Source of the DNA: Eledone cirrhosa
Lineage: Eukaryota
Assembly (NCBI GenBank): GCA_964016885.1
Contig: CAXHJY010001472.1
Span: 372,001-436,000, forward strand
Direction: 5' to 3'
DNA: 64,000 bases
Below the pieces are notes generated by a model. That model saw only the letters and a program-made list of their open reading frames with translations, was not told where the DNA came from and ran no database searches. Within the stretch, counting starts at the first letter, position 1; each line of letters opens with the position of its first letter. The translations under genes were made by a program, and so were the position numbers. Of this stretch, positions 1 through 9,338 are shown one piece after another.

Positions 1-189
1 TCTCTCTGATTAGTTGCGCTATTACTTTTTCCGTGACCTTCATGACCTGGTCGATTAATTTAATGCCTCTATAGTTACTCCTATCTAGGGCATCTCCTTT
101 ACCCTTGTAACAGTTAATGATGATGCTGCTACGCCAGTCCTTCAGAACAACCCCATTCTGTATGACTTGGTTTACTATCCGGGTGACCA
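1..189 (-). mobile_element. 5'-most retained part of a truncated RTE LINE (family A); the rest lies left of the window
   Basis: Same sequence as 11069-11257. Minus strand reads VTRIVNQVIQNGVVLKDWRSSIIINCYKGKGDALDRSNYRGIKL, the non-LTR RT N-terminal region. Confidence 0.9.
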
Positions 190-1015
190 TTACGTGTATA
201 CATCTGAAAATGTATATATGTATGCAAAGATATAAGTAAACATACATGTATACATATAGATGGACAGTTGTGCATATACAATAACTTATTTCTATACATA
301 CATATACCACAAGTAAGGCATGGTGCTGCCAACTAACCAGACCTCCCTCATAATGGACCAGCTAGATCCCAAAATACAGGCCTGCTTGCCAACACACAGT
401 CCCAATAAGTGTAAGTTACAGCGCAGCTATCTGGACAGACTTGTCTTAAGACTACACACTATCCCACTACATCTTTTGTATACTATATATATACTGTTTA
501 TATATATATATACTATATATATATATACTGTTTATATATATATATACTATATATATATATACTGTTTATATATATATACACACATATAATTGTGTATTCA
601 CACATTATCTTAGTAATGAAATAATTAATAATTTTAGTAAATTGTTCAAAATTCTTCATTAACCCTTTTGGTAGAAACCCAGCCAAAATTAGTTCTCGTA
701 CTATGGAAATGGTTCCTATCTAAATTAAAGTCTTCCAACAAAATTCTATATTAACAACCATATGGTAAGTTACTATGTTAGTAATTAACTAACAATTGTG
801 ATAAATAGCTCAAAATTATTCATAATTAATTGAATTATAAGGTTCATAATTATAATAAAATCTTCAAATAGGCTACGAAACCGGTAAACCTGAAAGGTAC
901 ACAACACACACACATTGCTATAGCGTTTCACCAGCCCCTTCCTTCCTGAATTATTACAGAGATGTGTGTGTATGTAATAATTATTTGTATAATGTGTGTC
1001 TATTTATGAATATGT

Positions 1016-1733
1016 ATGAGTAGATGTGTGTGTGTGTATCACAGTAGATGTGTATGTAACACAGTAGATGTGTATATGTAACAGAGTAGATGTGTGTTTG
1101 CATGTAACTCAGTATATGTGTATGTAACTCAGTAGATGTGTGTGTGTAACACGGTAGATGTGTGTGTGTAACACGGTAGATGTGTGTGTGTAACACGGTA
1201 GATGTGTGTATGTAACAGTAGATGTGTATGTATGTAACACAGTAGATGTGTATGTATGTAACACAGTAGATGTGTGTATGTAACACAGTACATGTGTGTG
1301 TATGTAACTCAGTAGATGTGTGTGTATGTAACTCAGTAGATTGTGTGTATGTAACACAGTAGATTGTGTGTATGTAACATAGAAGATGTGTGTAACACAG
1401 TAGATGTGTGTGTATGTAACACAGTAGATCTGTGTGTATGTAACTCAGTAGATGTGTGTGTATGTAACACAGGTGTGTGTATGTAACACAGTAGATGTGT
1501 GTATGTAACATAGTAGATGTGTGTATGTAACACAGAAGATGTGTGTGTATGTAACACAGTAGATGTGTGTGTATGTAACTCAGTAGATGTGTGTGTATGT
1601 AACACAGTAGATGTGTGTGTAACACAGTAGATGTGTATGTAACGCAGTAGATGTGTGTGTATGTAACCCAGTTGATGTGTGTGTATGTAACACAGTAGAT
1701 GTGTGTATGTAACATAGTATATGTGTATGTAAC
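1016..1733. repeat. Minisatellite, ~22-24 bp unit GTAACACAGTAGAT(GT)nAT; copies at 12084-12801, 24528-25245, 44490-45228
   Basis: Directly visible tandem repeat; it explains the spurious H/T/Y-rich ORFs. Confidence 0.95.
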
Positions 1734-2096
1734 TAAAGTGTAACGTACGTTACAAATGGACGACAAAATGATTTTAACTTGTTTTTTAACAATTGATGGT
1801 GGAAAAGATTTTAAATTGTCTTAACTCAGACCATAAAGGGCCGCAACACATGGAGTCTGACACTCTTACCGGCTACATAGCCTGGGCGTCTATTTTACCG
1901 CGACCGGCTACATAGCATCTTCCTAAAATCTTCCAACATAATTTTATACAAGAACCACATGTTAAGTTACTAATAAAATAATTAATAAATAAAAACATTA
2001 GTAAGTCCTTCAAATGATATCTCAGTAATGAAATAATTAATAATTGTTATAAATACCTCAAAATTCCTCATTAATTAAACCTCATTAATTAATTAA

Positions 2097-2215
2097 GCCG
2101 CTGAAAAGTGCAACAGATGCCCTCTTCTTAGTGAGACAACTACAAAAGAGGTTCTTAGAGAAAAATAAGCCACTATACTTAGCTTTGGACATAGAGAAGG
2201 CTTTTGATAGAGAAC
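2097..2215 (+). pseudogene. Short RTE RT fragment; also at ~13165 and ~45627, with longer versions at 19041-19185, 35761-35905, 51343-51487
   Basis: Translates PLKSATDALFLVRQLQKRFLEKNKPLYLALDIEKAFDR; the longer versions begin EMQFGFV. Confidence 0.85.
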
Positions 2216-2289
2216 TCTTATAAATGACAACATATATATATGTGTGTGTATATATATGTTTTTTTAAAAACTATATATTTATTACTCCC

Positions 2290-2600
2290 TTAAGCAGAAG
2301 AAATATATTCCCAGATATCGAAGATTACCACAATAACTAGGGAGCGGAAATCAATAGATGCTGGACATTGCTGCTGAGGGTAGGATGACCTGATGAGCTG
2401 GCTCCTGTGGTGGATACCTAAACATAGTAAGACCCTAGTGGGATGACTGAGGTTCACCTACATACATCAGATGTCTCTGGATCTCCAGCTGGAGATTAAT
2501 GATCTCAGGAATGCCATGAAAAATCGTGACATCTAAAAAAGAAGAGTAGAATTGTTCTGGCCAATCCACCTGACCTAATAAACAATAATAATATTAATAT
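2290..2600 (+). pseudogene. Degenerate 3' end of an old RTE-group LINE with (TAA)-rich tail; copies at ~13358, 19255, 35975, 45820, 51557
   Basis: Through-stop translation KITTITRERKSIDAGHCC*G*DDLMSWLLWWIPKHSKTLVG*LRFTYIHQM...DLRNAMKNRDI*KRRV resembles RTE C-termini; followed by taataaacaataataat. Confidence 0.7.
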
Positions 2601-2669
2601 ATATTGATGAAAATTAATTATGGTGAAATATCTTAGAAATCATTCTCAGAGGTTTTGTATTGTAATCCA

Positions 2670-4669
2670 CACTTGCTCCTTGTGGCTTCTGATGCAGACA
2701 TCATGTCCGCCATCAGGTCCTTCCCAGCTAGCAGCTGCGGAGATGTTGATGGTCTCTGACCAGGCCTCCTCAAGGAGTTGATATCTCCCCTCTCCGCTGA
2801 GGCCGGGCGCCGCCTTCTGAGTGCAATTGTGGCGCTCACCAATAGGCTCATCCATGGCGCCCTGGACTCTTATGCTCGAGGCCTCTTTTTTTCGGCCAGC
2901 CTCACCGCTCGCAGGAAGAAAGAGGATGGCATACGCCCCATTGCTGTGGGCAATGTCTTCCGGAGGCTGGCTGCCAAGGTAATCTGCAAGTCCGTAACAC
3001 TCGGAACCGGCATCCAGGGCCTCCAGCCACCTCATTGTCAAGTTTGACATGAGGAATGCCTTCAACTCTTTACGCTGGGATCATCTGCTCGAGGCCTGCC
3101 TCAGCCGAGCCCCCTCTGCCTACCTGTCATATGGAGCCCCAAGCATGCGCCATGCTGCTGATACGGTCATACCCTTGGCTACTGGGATCCAACAGGGCAA
3201 CCCTTTGGGACCCCTCCTGTTCACCCTTGGTATTGACCACATCGCCTGGAGTATAACAGCCCCTCTCAACGTTTGGTATCTGGATGATGCTACTTTGGGT
3301 GGGCCCGTACAGGCGGTCTGCCATGACCTTCAATCGGTGGTTCCTGCCCTGGCGGGAATCGACCTCCAGGTCAACTCAGCCAAGTCGGAGGTGGTGAATG
3401 TCAGCCTCGATGCTGCAAGCTTTGCAGTCTCCGTCTTGGACGTGCGGTCCATTCTCCGCCAGGTTCAGGTGACCCCCAAAGAGGATGCCCTCACCGATCC
3501 ACCCGCCGGCCATCCGCTCCTCCATCAAGTCCAGACTCTCACGAGCCGACTGGGCTTGATTGATGGCCACCCAGTTCTCTTTCTGCTGAGGAACTGCTAC
3601 GCCATGCCGAAGCTCCTCTATACACTCTGTGCTACACCTAAACTTGTATCCGAGCAGCAGCCGATGAGATATGCAACTTTACCTGTCAGGTATGGCGGCC
3701 TTCGCCTCCAGTCCCCGATCTCACTAGCTTTGCCGGCATATCTTTCGTCGGTAACCTCGTACCACGTCCTCCTCAGCAGGGTTCTTCAAAACACAACAGA
3801 ACCCTCTGTGTTCAGAGAACGCGTGGCCGCCTGTGAGACGTGGGACCGGCTGGGACTTAGCCCAGTAGACGTTCCTCCTCCTTCTCCCCCTGTTGACGTC
3901 AAGTCCCCCCCAACACACTTGGGATGCCATCCAGTGCAGCCTGGCCTCAGACAGGCTCACGCGCCAGCTCGACCAGCACCGCCTTGTTTGTTTTCGTGCA
4001 GCCTCCAAACCCCACAGTGGGGCCTGGCTCCATGCCCTGCCCTCCTTCTCCACTCGCACGCAGCTAGACAACAATAGCTTGCGCATCGGCGTTTCCCTGA
4101 GGCTCGGCCTCACACCAATGTCGCTGCCGTTCCACCATGGACTCTTTCGGCCTCCACCCGCTTTCCTGTCGCCACAGTGCCAGCCGCAATCCACGCCATG
4201 CTGCCCTCAACGAAGTCATTAAGCATGGCTTGGACGCTGCAGGCTTCCCTTCCCAGCTCGAGGGGACGGCAAAAGGCTAGATGGCATGACCATCTTCCCG
4301 TTCCGCGGTGGCAAACCCCTCGTCTGGGATGCCACTTGCACCGACACTTTCTGCAGCCGCAACCTGGTGCAGTCTGCGACTGGCCCAGGTTCTGCTGCAC
4401 GTCAGGCTGAGGGGGCCAAACTCCTCACATATCGTTCACTCTCCGACAGGTTTGCGGTCGTACCCCTGGAAGTGGAGACTTCTGGTGTCCTCGGCCCCAG
4501 GGCTACCTCCTTACTCACCACCATAGGCGCTGAGCTGGCCAGCCGCAGGTGTGAGCCCCGCGAGTTGGAGTGGCTTTTCCAGCGCGTCTCCCTTGCCATG
4601 CTCCGGGGAAACGCCTTCTCCATTCTGTCCGCCGGGGCTGTGGGTGGGTCCCATCGCGTACCGTTATGA
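2670..4669 (+). mobile_element. CRE-clade non-LTR retrotransposon (RT + CCHC knuckle + restriction-like endonuclease), 5'-truncated and frameshifted, copy 1
   Basis: Motifs in order: AIRSFPASSCGDVDGL*P; KKEDGIRPIAVGNVFRRLAAK; DMRNAFNSL; GIQQGNPLGPLLF; WYLDD; ATLPVRYGGL; SGAWLHALP; CRC..DSFGLHPLSC..RHAALN; GKR(P/L)DGMTIFPFRGGKPLVWDATC; PLEVETSG; FQRVSLAMLRGNA. Confidence 0.88.
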
Positions 4670-5650
4670 ATGTATACAAAACAACTAAATCTCTTAAATA
4701 ACTTCACTTATATCCAAAACATGATTTGTATATACATCAACAGTGACTCATTATTATACGCCAGTCACGACCCCACTGCAAAAACGATATCTATATAACA
4801 ACCCCACCGTAAAACTACTCTTCCCCACTTTACAAACACTTTATATTATTTGTCATTAAGGTTTCTTAAAATAAATATATATACGTATGTGTAGTAATTA
4901 GTACGGAGACTGAGAGAGAAGGGGCGAGTGTGTCTTCATGGAGGGCACATGGGACCAGCAAAGCCCTAAAAGTAGAGACCAGTAAATGAGATAAGGTCCT
5001 AGCTATGTTAAGAATATAAATAAGAAACATGTTCTATACATTTAAGAAGACAAGAGAAACATGTTCTAAACATTTAAGAAATAATTATTTACCTCTTTCA
5101 TGTCGGTAATATAGCGGTGTTATAAAACTAATTATAACGACCGGTGTTAAAATAGAGAGAGATAGACAGATAAATGTGTGTCACACTCTCACCCTCTCTT
5201 TAAATCTTTTACACTATCTTTACATCTTTTACTCTATCTCCCTCTTATTTCTATCTGTGTACATATATATGTGTATGTATGTATCTGTCTATGTGTAACT
5301 CGGTGTACTGGAGCAATATGAGGTGAAGTGTCTTGCTGAAGAAGACATTTTGTGGAGTTATATCATCGTTTCTTGTTATAAAGCTACTTATACTACCGGC
5401 GTAACAGTGGCTATAGGTGATAGATGTAGAAATAAAAGGCTGTAACAGCGATATAAATATAGATGAAATAGTTTACCACGAGACTAAGAATGAATGTTTA
5501 ATGGAATTAAGTGTAATCTAATAGGAAATAAGAGGCTAGAGCAGCGAAATGTTTACGTAAAATAAAAGAACAACAAACAAGAGTGCAACATTGAAATTTT
5601 TGTTTTATTTTCTCGATATAAGCGTTATTTTATGCGCGATTTGCCTTGCT

Positions 5651-5735
5651 GCCGGCGTTGCTCAGTCAGTAGCAGCCCCGCTTACGAAGTTCAGGAGCCA
5701 ACGACTTTACATGGTTCGAATCTCACCCTCTCCGC
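5651..5735 (+). pseudogene. tRNA-like sequence (tRNA pseudogene or SINE head); copies at 16709, 39350, 49012, 54951
   Basis: A-box-like TTGCTCAGTCAGT, B-box GGTTCGAATCT, possible TT-ACG-AA anticodon loop and a T5 run at ~5759. Acceptor and T stems pair poorly. Confidence 0.45.
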
Positions 5736-5867
5736 TCTTGTCGAGTTATCTCCTACTCTTTTTACTTAGTTCCAGGTCATTTAAATAGAGCAAAGAGGTC
5801 GCGGCGATCGGCATATGCACTGGCTACAATGTTGAACTTTGGTACTGACTGCATAGTTGAACGTTCC

Positions 5868-5939
5868 ACATACCAACCGCCCAACTGGCCAGTCAACCGC
5901 AAATACGGCTGGCTGGCCGGTTGGGTAGTTGGCATATGT
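5868..5939. repeat. GC-rich imperfect palindrome (~30-bp arms) flanked by ~55-bp direct repeats; copies near 16927, 19611, 39567, 49228, 55168
   Basis: ccaaccgcccaactggccagtcaaccg pairs with cggctggctggccggttgggtagttgg; ggcatatg(c/t)actggctac...gttgaacgttc lies on both sides (second repeat shortened in some copies). Confidence 0.85.
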
Positions 5940-6546
5940 ACTGACTGTCAAGTTGAACGTTCTAACCCTCTCTTTACATCTATTGCTCTATCTACCGCTT
6001 ATTTCTCTCCCTCTCTTTACTTCTATAACTCTATCTCCCACTCTCTTTACATCTATTACACAGTGTCTCCCTGTATATATACACGTATATATGCAATAGA
6101 TTTTATAAGAAATCTACGTAATAATATAATTAACAATAGTTGATGAATTAGACCAGAGTTAATTAAACAATAAATATGAATGAAATAGCAGTAGATGGCG
6201 AAACTTGAGTGTTGTGTGTGCATACATATATATGAGGTAAACTGGTTCAAATACTGTCAGGATTATATTGGATCAAAGACTGTATTAAATAGAAAGTAAA
6301 AAATGAAGTGAAAATATAAAAACAAACTGAAAATTTCCCCATCCCTAGAAAAATTCATATCTTGTTATATATAGATAATTGGCGCTTTAAATTGAATAAA
6401 TATTCATTTATATATATATATGTATATATATATGTATATATATATGTACACTGATATATATGTGTGTGTATATATATATATATATGTATGTGTATATGTG
6501 TACATATGTATGTGTATATATATACTAATATATATATATATATATA

Positions 6547-6888
6547 TCAACTTCATCATACGTCCGCTTTTCCATGCTTGCAAGGGTGGGGTGGGAGCTG
6601 ATTCTGGATTGGTTTCTACAGCTGGGTGCCCTTCCTGACGCCAACCCAGTTTGCAGTGAGTGCTGGGTGCTTTTTTTTTTTCCGTGGCACCTCCACGTCA
6701 GCTTTACAGAGCGGGCTGGGTGCTTTTTTGCCGTGGCGCCTCCACGACCACTTTACGGTGGGGTGGTGGGGTGGTATGTGTATACCCAGCCCATTGTCAT
6801 TTCCCACCCAGAAAAGTTCATAGCACCGTTCTTTACCCACGATGAATCTAGCAGACCCACCCCTCCACCTGGTCTCTTGAATACAACA
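6547..6888 (-). mobile_element. Non-autonomous chimeric RTE derivative, truncated form; copies at 20286-20627, 40248-40588, 55879-56220
   Basis: Minus strand: APE-like CIQETRWRGGSARFIVGKERCYELFWVGNDNGLG, then a duplicated cgtggaggYgccacgg...aaagcacccagc block, ggcgtcaggaagggcacccagctgtagaaa and the RTE tail cttgcaagcatggaaaagcggacgtatgatga. Confidence 0.8.
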
Positions 6889-7255
6889 GTGGTTTCACTA
6901 AAATAAAAATTAAATTAAATTAAATTAAATTAATTATATTAGATAAATAGACATTGGGGTTCTCACCAAAGATTTTCAGTTATTTCTAAGAGATGTAAAA
7001 GGAAAATTAAAAAAAGATTAATAGGACACATTAGACATGTCTCCAAGCAAGAATTGAACTTACAGACAAGGATCTCACCATCTCTGGTACTTCCCACTAA
7101 GCCACCAAGACTGCTACAAAGGTCTATTGAAAATTAATATTTATAAACCTACTTTCAAAATATAACTAATTTAATTAAAAATAAAATAAAATAAATAGAC
7201 ATTGTCGTTCTCACAAAACTTTTTCAGTTCTTTTTTCTAAGAAATGTCAAAGGAA
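6889..7255. mobile_element. Right half of an AT-rich foldback element; same half at 20628-20994, 40589-40955, 56220-56587
   Basis: Matches the right arm of the complete palindromic element at 27283-28007; ends aaatgtcaaaggaa followed by (TA)n. Confidence 0.8.
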
Positions 7256-7495
7256 TATATATATATATATATTTTATTTTTAATTTTATTTTGAAAGTAG
7301 GTTTATAAATATTAAATTTCAGTACATCTTTGTATCAGTCTCGGTAGCTTAGTGGGAAGTACCAGAGATGGTGAGATCCTGTTCTGGGTGTTCAATCCTG
7401 GTCTGAGGGTTGAATTGGGGACTCAGGTTCAATCCTGGTCCATGAGATACATGTAAGGTGTCATGTTAATCTTTTATAATTTTCTTTCTATATCT

Positions 7496-8779
7496 TAGCC
7501 TTTGTTGACCTAGAGAAGGCCTTTGATAGGGTACCCCGATCTGTCATCTGGTGGTCCCTAAGGAAGCTGGGTGTTGAGGAATGGCTTGTAAGGACAGTGC
7601 AAACTTTGTACAGAGGTACTCTCAGTAAAGTCAGGGTAGGAATGGAGTTTAGTGAGGAATTCCAGATACAAGTAGGAGTACATCAGGGTTCGGTCCTCAG
7701 CCCGCTCTTGTTCATTATAGTCCTCCAAGCCATAACAGAGGAGTTTAAGACTGGCTGTCCATGGGAACTTCTCTATGCTGACGATCTGGCTCTTATGGCA
7801 GAATCAGTAGAGGAGCTAGAGAATAAATTCCGGCTATGGAAACAGCAGTTGGAAGCAAGAGGACTGAGAGTAAATCTAGCTAAGACAAAAGTGTTGATGA
7901 GTAGAAAAGAGGACAAAACCCTGATTCCGTCAGGGAAATGGCCATGTTCGATATGCAGAAAAGGAACTGGCATAAATTCTATAAAATGCACACAATGTAG
8001 GTCCTGGGTACACAAGAGATGTAGCGGGATAGCAGGCAAACTAACAGGTAGGGAGAAATATGTATGCAGTAGATGTACAGGGAAATTAGACAGTAGAAGT
8101 CGCACTGATAGACACATTTTTCAAATGCGAGAGGGCGCTATAGAAGTGGTGGATAGCTTCCGGTACCTAGGAGATCAGATTAGCATGGGAGGAGGGTGTT
8201 CCGAGGCCATAGTATCTAGAATAAGGACGGGTTGGAAGAAGTTTAGGGAGCTGCTTCCTCTGTTGACGAAGAAGGGTTTCTCCCTGCGTACGAAAGGCCG
8301 GTTGTATGATGCCTGTGTGAGGAGCGCGATGCTGCATGGTAGTGAGACATGGGCAGCTACCGCAGAAGATATGCGACGGCTGGAGAGAAATGAGGCAAGC
8401 ATGCTCCGTTGGATGTGCAGTGTAAATGTGCGTGAACGACCCAGCATAAATGTGTTGAGAGAGAAACTGTGTCTGAGAGGGATAGAATGTAGTGTACGGG
8501 AGAGGAGACTGAGGTGGTATGGACATGTGATGCGCATGGAGGATGACCGATGGGTGAAGAAGTGCCAGGAAATGCCAGTTGAAGGAAGACGTGGTAGAGG
8601 TAGACCACGAAAAACATGGGCGGAGGTGGTGAGAACAGACCTCAGATCATTGAAGCTCACGGTGGAGATGACGAGGGACCGTGACGAGTGGAGAGATGCT
8701 GTGCTGAATAAGACCCGTCCCACCCTTGCAAGCAGGGAAAAGCGGACGTAAAATGATGATGATGATGATGATGATGATG
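7496..8779 (+). mobile_element. Young 5'-truncated RTE LINE (family B) with uninterrupted RT ORF and (GAT)n tail
   Basis: Open frame LAFVDLEKAFDRVPR...GVHQGSVLSPLLF...LLYADD...RRLRWYGHVMR...GRGRPRKTW to stop at 8751. (GAT)n tail, possible ATCT duplication (7492-7495 / 8780-8783), empty site at ~21236. Confidence 0.95.
7597..8751 (+). CDS. Truncated RTE reverse transcriptase with C4HC3 PHD-like finger (no true start codon)
   Basis: ORF track 384 aa; QGSVLSP and YADD motifs; C-x2-C-x10-C-x2-C-x4-H-x2-C-x14-C-x2-C at 7945-8076. Confidence 0.75.
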   Translation: MQTLYRGTLSKVRVGMEFSEEFQIQVGVHQGSVLSPLLFIIVLQAITEEFKTGCPWELLYADDLALMAESVEELENKFRLWKQQLEARGLRVNLAKTKVLMSRKEDKTLIPSGKWPCSICRKGTGINSIKCTQCRSWVHKRCSGIAGKLTGREKYVCSRCTGKLDSRSRTDRHIFQMREGAIEVVDSFRYLGDQISMGGGCSEAIVSRIRTGWKKFRELLPLLTKKGFSLRTKGRLYDACVRSAMLHGSETWAATAEDMRRLERNEASMLRWMCSVNVRERPSINVLREKLCLRGIECSVRERRLRWYGHVMRMEDDRWVKKCQEMPVEGRRGRGRPRKTWAEVVRTDLRSLKLTVEMTRDRDEWRDAVLNKTRPTLASREKRT

Positions 8780-9298
8780 ATCTCTTTGAAAAAGAGAACC
8801 CCTATTTATTTAATTATATTGAATTTAATTTTTTATTTTAGTTAAATTGTCGAAAACACTGAAGATCTAAAGGTTGAGGAGACAATATGTCTATTTTATC
8901 TGTCTCCTCTAACTTTAGATCACCAGTGGTTTTGACAATTTAACTAAAGTAAAATAAAATAAAATAAATTAAATTATATTAGATAAATAGACATTGGGGT
9001 TCTCACCAAAGATTTTCAGTTTTTTCTGAGGAAAATTTAAAAAAAGATTAACAGGACACATTACAGCAATGATTGAACTCCCAGACCAGGATTGAACCTA
9101 CAGACAAGGACCTCACCATCTCTGGTACTTCCCACTAAGCCGCCAAGACTGCTACAAAGGTCTGCTGATAATTAATATTTATAAACCTAATTTCAAAATA
9201 AAATTAATGTTATTAATTTTATTTAAAAATAAAATAAAATAAATAAACATTGGGGTTCTCACAAAACTTTTTCATTTTTTTTCTAAGAAATGTCAAAG

Positions 9299-9335
<37 letters not shown>

Positions 9336-9338
<3 letters not shown>

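Larger units (their letters stand above)
7271..9300. mobile_element. Foldback element interrupted by an RTE insertion; uninterrupted copies at 21014-21756 and 40970-41713, truncated copy at 56601-57224
   Basis: Arms contain gcttagtgggaagtaccagagatggtgag and its reverse complement; central hairpin tctaaaggttgaggagaca...tgtctcctctaactttaga. Confidence 0.8.

Noticed and set aside
657-900. TTAACCC start resembling a piggyBac-like MITE end, with similarity to 1920-2080
   Set aside because: No convincing matching right TIR or TTAA found; too degenerate to call.
981-1766. 261-aa His/Thr/Tyr-rich ORF and its paralogues
   Set aside because: Translation of a (GT)-rich minisatellite; open in several frames, no domain.
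2388-2420. CTGATGAG resembling a hammerhead core
   Set aside because: No helix II or GAAA follows; the sequence is explained as codons of a decayed LINE C-terminus.
5651-5735. Functional tRNA-Arg(ACG) or tRNA-Ser gene
   Set aside because: Acceptor, anticodon and T stems do not pair adequately; kept only as tRNA-like.
8175-8723. Antisense ORFs over RTE and CRE elements
   Set aside because: Shadow frames of RT coding sequence with no independent motifs.
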